Origin: Felis catus
Lineage: Eukaryota
Assembly (NCBI RefSeq): GCF_018350175.1
Contig: NC_058383.1
Location: 8,372,001-8,436,000, forward strand
Direction: 5' to 3'
DNA: 64,000 bases
Positions within the stretch are counted from its first letter, which is position 1. Each line of letters opens with the position of its first letter. A program made the translations under genes and the position numbers. Of the stretch, positions 48,561 to 61,967 are shown piece after piece. Below the pieces are notes generated by a model that searched no databases, had not been told where the DNA came from, and worked only from the letters and a program-made list of their open reading frames with translations.

Positions 48561-50429
48561 CTTTTGTCCCTGTTCATTTAACAACCACTCACCGAGGCCT
48601 CCTGTGTGCCAAGCCTGTGTTAGGATCTGAGGGACCGAGGGGGGTCAGAAGCAGGACCCGCCTCCAGGACCCCCTCCCAGGTAGAAGCTGTCAGCAGCAG
48701 CAGAGAGGCACAGGCAGGAGCTGAGGGAGCGAAAAAGGGCATAAGACCCGGGATGGCAACCCTCGAGCACGAATGCGTCTTACCACTGCTGATGCGCCCT
48801 CCGCCCTCAAGCTCAGCTTGCTTTGGGAACCCCAGGAGACCAGGAATGTTTCCACCAGGAGTCCGCCTGAGGGCGTGGATATGGAGGTAGAGGTGAGGAG
48901 GCAGGAAACCCAGGCACAGAGAGGCTAAGTCATGACTCCGTGGCTAGGAAGCTGCTGAGCTAGGATGTGGGCCCAGAGGCACATTCCTAACCTCTGCCTT
49001 GTACCGATCTGTCAACAGCCTGTCCTTGGGGCCCTCAAGTCAAATGCCCAGAAAAGTGCCATTCAGTGGCTGTTCGGCACCTGCTTACGCACCTCCCCTG
49101 ACAAGAAGCTTACTCCGTTCCCAGGCAGCAAGGCTCCTCCACGAATAGCTCTGCCTGTGAACTGCTCTTTGGTGGATGGAGGTCCCCGTTGGTCCCGGTC
49201 CTGCCCCTGGACCGTGTATATTCCTGCTGCCCCAGAACGTCTCTGCAGAAACCCGAAGATAGCGGTGGTATCGCCGAGCCCTCTCTTTCCCTCTACGCTC
49301 CCCCTTCCAAGTCCCCTCCCAGCTGTCAGTCTGGCACAGAAGGCCAAGTGCATCATGGAGGCCACAGGAGAGGGGAGGCAGCCCCAGAGAGCAGAGGGAG
49401 GAAAGTACGTTGTGGCATAAATTTGGATCTTAACCTCGTTCTTGGCTTTGTTCTATTCCTTCCAAACTTTCACGTGTATCAGCCTCCAAATCCTTATATA
49501 ATCCCTCCATCTTTGTTGCTGTAAAATGCTTTGATTTTGTTTTGGGGAGAAGGTGGAGATACATAAATAAAGCAACAAGGCAACCCCGCGGAGTTTCAGG
49601 GGATGTCCGCATCTGGGTCTTTTCTCCCTCACGGTCACCGGCATACCCACGGCGCGCCCACCCGCCCTACCCCGCTCCACGGAGTAGGAGGAAATGGCAT
49701 CTGTCAAAATTGGGACTTTCCCCCCCATTTTCCAGCACGACACAGAACCTGCCCCTCCTCTCTCTTCCCAGGGACCCCAAGATGCGTTCATTGTGTCACC
49801 ACCCAGTGTCTGTTGGGTGCTGCTGGGGGGCACTGGGCTGAGACGATGGGGCAGGCTGCTGTCCTGTACCAGCTCAGGGGCTGGGGGAGGCTGCTCGGGG
49901 CTGTGTGCCTGCCCCCCCCCCCAGTATCTCACCGAACCCTCACAACCCCGGGGCCCATTTCATGGATGCGAAAACTGCTGGGCCTCAAACACCAAGGGTG
50001 ATTTATTTTTTTTCTCGTTTGACCTTTGTCGCAGCTCTGAGAGGAAGTCATTGTTCCCTCTGTTTGCCAGCGAGGAAACGGAAGCTCAGAGAAGTTGACC
50101 CATCCACCTTGCAAGTCGGAGTAAAAATGCAGAATTCTCTGCCCTGAGTCCGGGGCGGGAGGCAAAGTGAGCCCTCCTTGCGGGGGTGGGGGGCAGGGGG
50201 AGCTTCAGTTCTTGTCTCTGTTCCACTCGTGACAACAGGGGTGACCCTGGATGAGCCACTTCCCCTCATCTATGCCATTCTGCCCCCTCTCTAATTGCCT
50301 AGACCCTGGAGTCTCTACCACCTGGACCTTGTCCTGCGGTGTCCCAGGGACTCCAGCCCATCCCAGGGGGACTCTATTTTCTTCCCTGTGATTTCAGACT
50401 GACAGCAGTTTCTACTTTACGTATCAGGA

Positions 50430-50491
50430 AATTAATGAGATAAAATATCATAGTTCTAACAATTAATGAGATACAATATCATAGTTCTAAC
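50430..50491. repeat. 31-bp tandem duplication (2 copies, 1 mismatch)
   Basis: aattaatgagata(a/c)aatatcatagttctaac repeated twice. Confidence 0.92.
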
Positions 50492-50654
50492 AAGCCCATT
50501 GTAGACGCCCAGTAAATGTTAGCCACTACGTGGCTAGGAACGTGTCCCCGTGGACCGCTGGCTGTGGTGTTCACGCGTGTGGCCCCTGAACGTCCGAGCA
50601 TCCGACAATCACTTGAAATCCGTAGCATTCATCCACCTACCCTTTGACCTTGGC

Positions 50655-51290
50655 AGCTGGTCTGGTGGATTAAAGACGGCCACAGATTTTTTGTCACTTC
50701 CTTCAAGAGATCGATTTCTCCTCCCTTAGAGTCTAGGCTGGCCTTGTGACGACATAACCCACAGAACGCCACGGAATGGACACTGTGCTGGCCCCAGTCC
50801 CAGCCTTTAAGAAGACAGGTAGCTTTGGGGCGCCTGGGTGGCTCAGTCAGTGAAGCATCCGATTCTTGGGTTCGGCTCAGGTCACGATCTCATGGTTCGA
50901 GTTCGAGCCCCGCATCAGGCTCTGTGCTGGCAATACGGAGCCTGCTTGGGATTCTCTCTCTCTCAAAATAAATAAAAATAAACTTAAAAATAAAAGACCA
51001 GTGGCTTCTGTTTTCTCCTTCTTAGACACTCCCTCTTAAAATCTAGCCATCTGGCTCCAAAAACGTATGCAGAAGCCACATGCGGGCAGCCTGTGTGATA
51101 CCCCCTGCTGAAATCCCGGCCGACAGCCAGCATCAGTCGCCAGTCACGGGAATGAGCCGTCTGGGATGTTCCAGCCCTATCGGGCCCCGCATGGCTGCAG
51201 CCCCCAGCGAACACCGAACACACTGCATGAAGCAGGAGAACTTCCCAGGCGAGCACAGTCAACTCACAGAATCACAACATTTAAGTGAGA
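50655..51290 (+). mobile_element. MaLR solo LTR (MLT1F/G/H-like) interrupted by a Can-SINE
   Basis: tggtggattaaagacggccacagattttttg...ggctggccttgtgac...gacagccagcatcagtcgccagtca...cagtcaactcacagaatc. Confidence 0.75.
50827..50995 (+). mobile_element. Can-SINE
   Basis: Head ggggcgcctgggtggctcagtcag and A-rich tail. Confidence 0.93.
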
Positions 51291-51411
51291 TTGGTATAAC
51301 CAAAACTTCCAGTGTACCTATTTACAAGACATAAAACCTTGGTTTGTGAGCATAATTCGTTTCGGAAACATGCTCGTAATCCAAAGCACCAGTATAACAA
51401 AGTGAATTTTA

Positions 51412-51670
51412 GGGGCGCCTGGGTGGCTCAGTGGGTTGAGCATCGGACTTCGGCTCAGGTCGTGATCTCACAGCTGGTGGGTTCGAGCCCCGCGTCGGGC
51501 TCTGTGCTGACAGCTCGGAGCCTGGAGCCTGCTTCGGATTCTGTGTCTTCCTCTCTCTCTCTGCCCCTCCCCCGCTCATGCTCTGCCTCTGTCTTTCAAA
51601 ACCAACTAAACATTAAAAAATTTATTAAAAAAATAATACCAAAATAAAAAATAAAAAAAATTAAAAAAAC
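51412..51670 (+). mobile_element. Can-SINE, preceded at 51331-51410 by a probable Tigger-like MITE end
   Basis: Full SINE body. The upstream taaaaccttggtttgtgagcataattcgt resembles a felid TcMar MITE terminus (from memory). Confidence 0.9.
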
Positions 51671-51684
51671 CTCTCTATATTGAA

Positions 51685-51963
51685 CAGGAGTCCGAAAACC
51701 ATGGCAAACAGCCAGCTGCCTGTTGGTACCTGTACGGCCTGGAAGGTAAAAATCGTTTGGTGACTGACGAGTGAAGATTATATAAAATTCAAAATTCAGT
51801 CTCCGTCAGCAAAAGGCACGCGCATCTGTCTACACACCACCCACCCCCGTCCACACTGCTTTCGTACAAGGGCAGAGCTGTGTGGTCACGGGCAGAGGCC
51901 TGACGATGGCAGAAGTGGGGAGATTTAGTACCTGCCCCGTTACAGGAAGTTTACCGATCCCTG
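51685..51963. mobile_element. MER58B-like DNA transposon
   Basis: gtgaagattatataaaattcaaaattcagt...ggcagagctgtgtggt...gttacaggaagtttaccgatccctg. Confidence 0.65.
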
Positions 51964-52147
51964 CTACGGAACATGAAAAATGTGTCACCATTCTGCACCT
52001 AAAACATTGCATAAAAGGATTCGTGTGTGTTTCTGGGCATTTTATTCCCTTAGCCTGCTGCGTAAAAAACACCACAGCAGGAACTCGCTGTGGACCTTTT
52101 TTGCTTATTTATTCGTTTGTTTGTGTCTTTCAAAGTTTGCAAGTTTT

Positions 52148-52390
52148 GGGGCGCCAGGGTGGCTCAGCCGGTTAAGCGGCTGACTCCTGATTTCGCCTCA
52201 GGTCGTGAGCTCACGGTTCGCTGGGTTTAGGCCCCCCATCTGGCTTTGCGCTGACAGCGCTCGAAGCCTGCTTAGAATTCTCTCTCTCCTCTCTCTCTGC
52301 CCCTCCCCCTGCTCACACGTGCGCTTTCTTTCTCTCTCTCTCCCTCAAAATAAATGAAAAAAAGTTTGCAGCTTGAAAAAAAAAAAAAGT
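52148..52390 (+). mobile_element. Can-SINE
   Basis: Head ggggcgccagggtggctcagccgg; TSD-like aaagtttgcaagt on both sides. Confidence 0.92.
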
Positions 52391-55300
52391 TTGCAAGTCT
52401 TAAGAAGTTTAGAAATGGGCAAACCGGGCAAAAAATGTAACCGATCATGGGAGGAATGCGAAGACAGCAGCTCGGGAGAGATCGAATGGAAACTTCTTGA
52501 TGGCGAAGGAAGAGAACAAAGATGGGCTGCACCTTGCAGCCTGCCTCACCACCCCTCCATCGCTGCCGCCCTGTCCTGGGGGCTTACAACCACTGGGTCC
52601 CTCTTTGTCCCCAGCCAGCTTCCCGCTTGTGCCTTGGCTTCTACCGGTGGCCTCGTAGGCCTTTGAGCGGGCCAGCCCCCACCCTCCGATCCCCGCACCC
52701 CCGACGCCCCTTTCTGCACACGATCCTCGCCCATCCCCTTGCTCTCACGTCTGGTTTTTTTCCGCCAGAAGTCTAGACGGAGCTTGGGGCCCCCACTCCG
52801 TGAGGTCTTCCCTACCCTCAAGCCCCTGTTCATTCCCTTCTGCTCCCAAGGCCCTGTGGAAGTCCCTCTAAGAGCCCATCTGCATGTAGGGTCGCTGAGA
52901 CACGCCTGCTCGTCCCTCCCCCTGGGCCGGAAGCACCTGGAAGGCAGCGATGGGGCCGCAGGGGAGGCCTCAGAGCCCAGCTGCTGACCGAAGGAGCCCC
53001 GAAGCCCTTGCTGAGGGTTTGGGTACCCGGAAACCCAAGGAGGCAGAGCAGACCAAACAGAGCACATCTCCGTGATAAGGCACCCCCTTAGCCCCCCGGG
53101 GACCGGGGATGAAGAGAGATGGGGGCTCCCCGACCGGTGGGCACGTTCAGGGCCAAGCCTGCGCCGCCCCCACCCTCGCCTGGCCTCTGGCAGGGCCTCT
53201 GGCCGGCAGGTGTGGCTGCCAGAACCGGCTCCCGTTAACAAGCCGCGTGCTGACAACCGGGTCCCGGAGAACAAGAAACCCTTTCAGGGTACAGGGCCGG
53301 GCGGGCCCCACTTTCAGGTGCATGATCTCACCTCGCGGAAACCCAGTGGGGCTGCCAGAGCGCCTCATAAAGCCTTTGATGGCCTGGCGTGGAGGCCACA
53401 AATCACAGGTCCCCAGGCCTCCCGGGCCCGACCCACACCCCACTCCGTGGACAAACGGCCGAGTCCTAAAGGGGGCACAGATGGGTGGGACCGCAGGCCC
53501 GGCGGGAGCCCAGACCCCACCGCCTTGAGCACCTGGCGGGCGGGGCAGCCCAGCCCCCTCAGGTCCTGCTCCCTGGGACCCAGCAGCCCGTTTGCTCTGG
53601 TCAGGCAGCTCAGGCAGGGCCACACACGCCACCCCAGACTCGCGGCCTCGACGCACCGGGTGCAGCCGGGGGCCGGAGCGAAAGGGATCCGGGCTTTATC
53701 CCCTGATGGCCGCCTGGTCCCTGTGGGGAGAGGCACCAACAAGGGGAGCAGTGGCTCCATCGTGGATGGAACCTGCCAGAACTCCTTAGCCTGCAGCTCA
53801 CGGGAGGCCCTACTTTCTGTGAGCTCACAGGACACGGGCTGGGAGCCAAAACCGACCCAGCAGAAATGGAGCTCGGATGGCCAAAGCAGCAATGCCCCCT
53901 GCCCTCGCGGCATGCCGTGTTGGCTCTACTCGGGAAGATGGGGCGCGTCTCTGGCTTCTCCGGGCACTCCTGGGACGGGAGTCCAGGACTGGGCACACAC
54001 ACCCCTCACTGTGCCTGGCCTCGTGACCTGTCACCACTCTGTGCACAACAGTGGGGGTCTCCCAGTCATTCCCCACAGGGAAGGCTGTGCCGCAGGGCCC
54101 ATGTGGGTCCCCAGGCCCTTGAAGATGACTCTTCCATGCCCTTTGGGTAACCACCCAGCTCTGGCTGGAGGCCCCAGACCCTGCTGTCTGACCCTCCAGG
54201 ACCTCTCCCAGCCCCCAGCCCTGCCTCCCGACCTCCTGCACAGCTTGGCCTCTGCTGCCTCCCAAGCTCCTCCCAGGCTTCTCCCTCCTCACCCAGCAGC
54301 GAGAGCTGCTCCTCGGGGGTCCTCCGGGCCCCCCAGGACTGTATAGCCCATGCCACGGACTTTTCTAGATGCGACCAGCCCCGGCCGCAGCCCCAACCTT
54401 GAGCACTCTTTGGGGGCCCGTGTCCTCCACACCCAGTCCCCGGGGAGCAGACCCGAGTCAGGGGCTGGACCCCCAGGCAGGCAGTGGGGGGAGCCCCGCA
54501 CCCAGAGTCCTCAGCCTTGGATTCTGGGATCCACTCTGCCGCTTCCTTCCTACGTGTCCAAAGGCAAGCCGCTGTCCTTCTCTGGGCTTTGGATTCCTCA
54601 TCTGTAAAATGGGCTTCTGCCTCCTCCCAGGTGGTGACGGGCCTGGACCTCAGAGCGGAGGTCCTAGTGCTGCAGACCGTCCAAGGCTACATGGCAGGTG
54701 GCCCTTGCACCTCAGCTCTTGGGGATGGGGAGTGCACCCCATCGCTGGCAGGTTTGTGTAGAGACAGACCCCGACGAGGAGTGCCCCCCGTGGCTGGTGG
54801 TCCAGTAAGGGTCCTCAGCCCCCAGCCGGGGCTACTCCAGGCCCAGCTGGATCTGTGGTCCCATCCCAAAGTCTCCCAGGCTGGACGCCGGGTTTCTGGG
54901 GTGCCTGCTTCCCTTTCCATTTTAGTTGGATGTGCTCAAGCCGGCCCGGGCCTCCAGCTTTTTACAACAGGCTCCTGTCTGCAGACAAAAACTTCACGAA
55001 GCTTGGGGGCGGGGAAGGAAGGAGAACCGGTAATTACAGAGCTGATGAGGGCATTTCTGGGATGGGCACTGCACTGAGAGGGAGGCCCGCATGGAAAAAG
55101 GGCAGGCTGGATCCGGATGATTGTCCTCGGAACCTGAGCCTGGTGGCCCCCTCCTCCGCCCTTCCATCCCCCACCATGGCAGCCGGGCAGCTGGCTGCTC
55201 TCACTGGAGGGCGAGACCGCACAGACAAGACCCTCCCCGGTGGAGGTGTCTGGAGGCCAAGAACCGTGTCCCTGGCTAATCCAACACTCTGACGGGGCAC

Positions 55301-55934
55301 CGTGAGGGAGGCGAGAGCCGGAAGTGGCTGGAGGGACAAAGGAACCCCATTTGCAGACCAGGAAGCCAGGGATCACAGAGCGGATCACACGACAGGCAGC
55401 GGTAGGCGTTTCCTCTCACCCCTGCCGTTGTCCTGGGAGGCCCCCCCCAAGCGGGGTCCCAAGTGGGTAGAAGGGTCAGGGCGAGGCCTCTCCACAGCCG
55501 CTCCTCCCTCTACCTGAGTCCCGGGGCTCAGGCAGCCTCAGTTGACTTTCCTGGACTCGGGAACCGGGACAAAGGTCGCTTCCCCCTGAACACCGAGCCC
55601 CTTCCCAACTGCAGAACTTTCTGGTGCTGCAGAGACACAGGGCAGCGGCAGCGGCAGCAGCTGGGGTGCCAGCCATCTCCGGGCACACAGGAACCTTCAG
55701 GGGCCACCCACCTGGAGCAAGGACATCACCGGTACGTGAGAACAACGAAGAGCTCGCTGTTGCGGGCGCTGGGTATCCCTTCGCAGCTTCATCTCTGACC
55801 CTGCTCCAAGCCGTCGAAGAGGACACGGAGGTACCCAGCTTTGGGTAGACAAGTTACACTTTTGACCTTGCGCCCCAGGTTGCCCGGAAGATGCCGGGGC
55901 CTTGAGGAAGCTAGAACTGGGCACGGCTGCTCAG

Positions 55935-55953
55935 CCGTCAGTAGATGGCGCTG
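55935..55953 (+). promoter_or_regulatory. Candidate CTCF site
   Basis: tCAGTAGATGGCGCTG matches the CTCF core CCASYAGRKGGCRS except at the first base. Confidence 0.45.
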
Positions 55954-58900
55954 TGGGGCCACAAGGGCCACCTTCGCGCCAAGAGCGTGTGCTGGGCTGG
56001 CCCATCAGGTCTTGCACAGACTGGGGTCCTCCCACCCCCAGGACCATACCCGACTCAAGGTGCTGCCCTGGGAGGGAGGTGCCACTCACGCTGTTTCTCT
56101 GATGAGGCAAACGAGCACCCGGAGAGATTAAGCCACTGGCCCAAGGGCTTAGCCTTAAGTGTTGGGGCTCCCCCACCCCAGATGCACCCACTGAGATCCC
56201 CAGCCCTGCCTTCATGACACCCACCCCACCCTCATGGGCCCCAAGAGGCCACAGTTACTCTCTGGAGCTTGATGGGAACCAGGCATCCCCCTTCGGCCCC
56301 CACTATGGCAGGACATTCCAACAAAGCTGAGGCCGCCAGCTTTGAAGTCAGAGCTAAGCCCCAGATTAGGGTGGCTCCAGGCTGGCCTGTCCCTCCCAGC
56401 CCCGTCGCCGGGCCCACGCCCACGCCCACGCCCCCCCTCCCCCAGTCCAGCGTCCTCTTGGCACAGAAAGATCTGGGGCCCAGCGAGGGAAGGAGCTAAG
56501 GAGCTCCCTGCTAAGGAGCCCCACGTCCCCCTGAGACCTGCGACAGGCCTGAAATCCCACCTCACGGCCCCCTATCAGCGCCCCCAAGGGATGTCACGCT
56601 AACGTGTTGTCCCCCTTCCTGGCCCCACTGACACAATGCCACAGCACCTATCACCTCAATAAAGTGTCTTGGACAGGAATGTGATCCTGAATACGTGCAG
56701 GGGTGTGGGGCAAATGGAAGGGGGATGAGTGTGCAAGGTGTGGAGGCGGGTCTCAGCTTCCTCTTCCGCTCACGGAGCACTTTGCACCTCAGGGACCCTG
56801 GAGGGTCCTTCCAGCTCAGCCTGCCGTGGGCTCTGCGGCTCTGGTTGGGCCACAACCACACTCCAGGCCAGGCTACAGGTGTGGGAGGGGAGGGACACCC
56901 ACACGGCATACCAGGCCACAGGCTAGGCGCTTTAGGGACCCTTATCTTTCTGTCCTGAGGGGTGACTGGGTCTCTGTAAGCCGGCCAGTCCCATCCCTGC
57001 CGTGTGGCCCGCGATGGTCCCAAGTGAACGAAGAATGAAGCCTTGGCGTCCCATTCCCTCCACCCTCACCAAACAGGCACCAGGCAAGGCCACAAGCCGC
57101 GAGCGCCACAGGCGGGGAGAGGCTGGGGCGGGGGCGGGGGGCAGGCGGAGTGAGGGAACTGGGTGCCACTCTGGGCGGCCTTTAGGAGAGCGACAGATGC
57201 AAAGTGCCCCAGGAGGCCGCATCAGTGGGACTGAGCTGGCGCCTGAATCACCCAGGGGGTTTGGCTTCAAGACAATGAACTCTGAGCTCATGTGCGTGCC
57301 TGGCAACACGCTCTCATGTGGCTGAGAGCCTGTCCGTCTGTCTGTCTGTCAGCAAGCAGCCACACTCCTTCGGCCACACCCTACTGGTTTGGGGTCTCAG
57401 ATGGAGCCTCTTTGTTCAAGAGGATTTGGAGTCAAGACTGAAAGCTAATGCTTTCAGCCTAGGGGTTCTAGAACTCGTGTTCCAGAGAGTTCCGGAACAT
57501 TCGCTTTGAGAATAGTCTCTCCACAGTCTCTTGAACTCGCCCCTTACCAAACCTCAGCGATTCCCACACCACGTTTATGATTTTTGCCCTTCGATACAGT
57601 CTACACTGTGTTCTGTACAATGACCCATGTACATACATTTCTTTTGAACAAAGCTTTTCTAAAACAAAACAAAACAAAACAAAACCCCCACTACCAAAAG
57701 TGAGAAGCGCCCTAAGCAGGAGATGATCATAAAAATACAGAGGGTGAACAGAACCACGTTGTTCAATTCTAGCTTGGCGGCTGCGGCTGAAGGAACACCG
57801 TTGGCCTGCAGTCCGCTCCCTGTCAGAGCCCCGCCAATATCAACCCGAGCCTCTCTGCTTGATGCAGTCAGGCGTGGGCTTCTCTGGAGGAAGACTCCCG
57901 TTTTTCATCTCCCACCTGGAGGCCTGCCACCACCCTCTTTGCATTTCTCCTGCCCACTCTTCAGGTCATCGCCTCCTCCAGGAAGCCTTCCAGGCTGGAT
58001 TGGGCCCCACTTCTGTGCTTTCGCGGTTCCACGGGCCTCTCCTGACTTTGCATTTGGCACCCTGGGTTATTAAGTTGCACTTGTGCCCATGTCGTTCCCA
58101 CTAACATGGAAGTGTCCCTACTCCTAGGACACGACCTCACTGTGGCCTGCATGGTGGTGGGGGATGGGGGGGGCGGTGCCTGCTACCTCCCCACCTGCCC
58201 CTTGCCCATCCACCCCTAGACCACCTTGAGTCCTTCTTGTATCATGACATCTTTATTGGCCTTGGTGTCTGCCAGGCCCTGGGTGTGGGCTCAGTGGGGG
58301 CCAGGACGATAGCTGTCTGTCCACCACTGGATCCCTGAGCCCGGCCTGCATGAAGCCAGGAGCCCTCCTGTGAGGTTAGCACTGTCATGATCTTCATTTT
58401 CCAAATAGGGAAACTGAGTCACGGCGAGGCTAGTGACTTGCCAAGGGTCACCCACCTGGTGAATCGGACACAAACTCAGGCGTCCGGGCTTTGGAGCCAG
58501 GCAAGGTCATCTGCTACCTTCCGCTTTTGTGAGACTTTTCTTCACCTTGGTCAGCTGAGACCTGAAGGCCTTATGTGTGAGACACACAGACACAGACACT
58601 GAGGGGTCCCCAGAGGCCCAGACTAACCCTCCGCCAGACTGAAATCTTGGCCCAGACCAGGGCTCAGCTCACAGCGGGAACGGGGTAGAATTTCCCACCA
58701 AACAGACCCCGTGGCTATGGGGGTGTCCCCTCAGAACCTCACCGCCTGCCTTCGCCACCCCTGAGGCCTGAAATTCCACCAAGACGTTTCATTGCTCCGA
58801 GGGCTGGTGTCCCCGGCCCAGGACGCAGTGGGCTCCCCCCATCCCCACCCCCACCCTTTTTCCTGGCTGCGAAAAAGGTATAGAGTCACCCCCAGGGTTG

Positions 58901-59774
58901 CCACAGACGCAGCCAGCACCGGCAGAGCCCGGCAGGGTCCCTCCAGCAGCCACCGGGCCCCCAGAGGGGCCCCGCCCTCCCGCGGTCAGCAGAGGCTCCC
59001 TGGGACATTCCCGCCCAGCCGGCTCCAAGCCCCTGGGGTCCGTCCTGGAAAGACCTTCAAAGGACTTGGCCATTCTTGAGCGAGCGCCAGGAGGGAATCT
59101 GCTCTCCGAGTCAATTTAGCCAGCCGCACGGGTGGAAGGAATTTGCCGTTTCTCTTAACAGCGACCCCCTCGTGATTTATACGGGGGCCACTGTCCGAAG
59201 GCCCCGGCTGACGGATCGCAGTGGAAAATCAAATGCCAAGACCCAGGCGGCTCGTTGGGCTAATTACCCTCAATGAGACCCAGCTGGCCGAGGGAGCCAA
59301 CGGGGCCAGGGCAGGGCCAGAGCCCCTGCGCCCAGCTCCCTGGGGACACGAAGGCCTGCCACGGCTGTGCCTGGGCTTGCTGCCTGTCACCTACCAGGCT
59401 CGGGCTGGGGCCACCAAGAATTCCAGGAGATCCAGTCCGGCCAGCTCTCGACACAGGTCACCCTCGGTGCAGCCCAGCCAGGCAGGCCCCGGGATGACCA
59501 CCGCCTCAGGGTTTACTGTGGCCCAGGGGGCTGGAGAGCCCTGAGATTCTAGGAGCCGTTGGGTCCCGTTCTGTTTGTGGGGAGACTGAGGCCCAGACAG
59601 ATAGGGCACGCCCCGTGGAGCTCTGGGGATGGCTCTGCACGGGTTGCAGGCCGTGGCCACAGCCTGTGGCCCACAGTGTCTTCTCGGAGGCCCAGAGCCC
59701 GCGGCAGTGGCCACAGAAGCTACCTCCAGAGGCCTCGTGCGGTTCAGGTCAGCTCTCTAGGCCTCCTGGAGTTG

Positions 59775-60150
59775 GTTAAATGTTTCCCAAGAGTCTACTG
59801 TGTGCCAGGCCCTGCGCAGAGTGCTAAGGGTACAGCGAGAGACAGAATCCAACCTGGTCCCTGGCTTGAAGCCCTAGGGGGAAGGAAAGCGCACTTCCAT
59901 ATCCCCAGCAAAAGTGCGTGGTGCCAGGGAAATGCCCTAGAGGCGCTGTGACCCATTCCAGGCAGCAGAAACTGGGGACGTGACGCGGAGCTGAGAACAG
60001 AAAGCTGAGCGGGGTAAGTGGGCAAAGGAGAGGGTGGTACCAGGCGGGAGAGTTTTCCAGGTAGAAGGAACAGCATGTGCAAAGGCCCTGCGGCAGGAGG
60101 AAATGTAGGGCACCCAAGGAACCAAACGAAGTTGTGCAGCTGGAGCCCAG
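59775..60150 (-). mobile_element. L2 fragment (approximate)
   Basis: ctactgtgtgccaggccctgcgcagagtgctaagggtacag...aaggaacagcatgtgcaaaggccctg. Confidence 0.7.
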
Positions 60151-61849
60151 AGCCAAGAGGATCACTGTCCTCTGTGCAGGGGGAGGTTAGGGAGGCCACA
60201 AGGAGTTCTTGTACCTTTAAAGGGCCATCCCAGATATGACTCAGGAGGCACGATGACTCCGTCCACATACATGTTCCTCCCAACGTCTCTCTGGCTTTCA
60301 GGAAGCTCAACCCCCAGCCCTGGAAGGGCAGCTCCGTAGGCCTCCCCAGCTTCCTGGAGCACAGGAAGACCCAGTGGGGCCCACCTGGGGATCGTACGGG
60401 GCCAACCCAAGTGTCCCTCGAGAACTGGAGGGAGAGTCAGACTAAAGGACTCTGGTTGTGGGCTCGGGTCAGGGGCAGCCAAGACCATCAATGAACCACA
60501 GTGGAAGGAGAGAGGCCGTGAACAAGCCACGCTGTGGAGACATCGAGAAAGGCAGAGTCCAGTGCGTTGAAACCTTCAGCAGACTCCCAGCTGGCCCACC
60601 ACGCGGCTCCTGCCTTCTTTTCTCAAGGCCGCTGGAGCCAGCTCACGCCCATGCCCGTGGCTCCAGAGACCTTCGAAGACAGAGGTGGTGTTACTGGTGT
60701 TACTGGTCATCTCTGGGCCCTCGAAGAGGGGTGTGTAAGTGGATGCACGGCAGAAGGACGGAGGAATGAACGAGCGAAGGAACAGCCTCCAGGCTCCTCT
60801 CCCGAGCTGCACGGGGCTCCTTTGCCGTCCTGGCTGGCCGCCCCTGTGTCCTTACGGAGCCGGGCGGCCTGGAGCTGTCAGGCGGGCCAGCAGGTGCCCA
60901 TGGCTCCTGTTCCTTCCAGCTTGGCTCTGGCCTGGTTCCTCAGGGCACAAACAGGTCTGACAAGTTCCTCAGCAGCTGAGTCCTTGATTTCCAGGAAAGC
61001 CAGACTCTTAGAGAGCAGAAGGAACGAAGCCTGGGTGGAGGGAGAGCCTTTTTGGAATATCGCTCCTCTTCTACCCTGCGCCTCGCCCCCCCACCCCCCG
61101 CCCGCCCCGCCCCACCAGGGCCCTGTTGGCAGACCTTGCCCTTGCGGCCCGAGCCGGGGAGCTCCAGGCTGATGGGCACACCTCTCTCCCCACCTCCCCC
61201 AGGGGCATTAAGGAGCTTAAGAAGGTGAGGGACAAGGAAAGGGACCTCCTTGTTGTGACCCCAAACTGCTCCCACCCCCACATCCCGTGGCATTGGGTGG
61301 GAGTGTGGGGCAACTCTTACTGGTGCAGGCTCAGAGGCTGGCTCCCTGGGCTCCACCACTGACCTCGGACAAGCTCTGTGCCCCCCTTTCCTGCCCTGCA
61401 CTCCCAGGGCTGAGCCGCCTAAGAACACGTGCAGACCTTAGCCTTGGGCCCAGAGCTTTGGATGCGACGTCGCAGCCGGTTCCCCACCTGATGTTCTACC
61501 TCAGGTCTCACCTCCCAGCCTGGTCTCTGCCCGGTCCTCCTCCTGCTCTGAGGGCTCAGGGTTACTCCGTGGCTTATTCTTGTCCCACTGCTGGCTGACC
61601 GTTCACAGGCTAGCCCAGGTCCTGGCTCTGCACCGCACATGGGCCACTGCCTCCCAGAGCCGTAGATGTAGCATCCAGCTGCCTCCAGAGCCTCGCCACT
61701 CACACTCAACGGCCCCAAACTGAGCTCAGCCTCTCTCCCCGGAGGCACTTTGCCCAGGGCATGAGGCCATCAGTCAGCAAAGCCTTGTCCCCATGGATCC
61801 CCCCCACTCCCGATGCCCATCATCTCCACCTCTTTCCTAACCAAGCCGT

Positions 61850-61935
61850 CTTTTCTCTTTCCCTCCTTCCCTCTCTTCCTTCCTTCCTTCCTTCCTTCCT
61901 TCCTTCCTTTTTCTTTCTTTCTTTCTTTCTTTTTT

Positions 61936-61967
<32 letters not shown>

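Noticed and set aside
47496..48581. 361-aa ORF
   Set aside because: GC-rich low-complexity start running into the (CATC)n repeat (HPSI repeats); no domain.
50430..50491. CRISPR-like direct repeats
   Set aside because: Only two abutting copies with no spacers, in a mammalian genome.
53072..54346. 424-aa ORF, the longest in the track
   Set aside because: Pro/Gly/Arg/Ser-rich with no recognisable domain, a non-ATG start and overlapping ORFs in other frames; expected by chance in very GC-rich DNA.
56658..56663. Isolated AATAAA as the end of an unannotated transcript
   Set aside because: No supportable upstream exon structure; the hexamer alone is insufficient.
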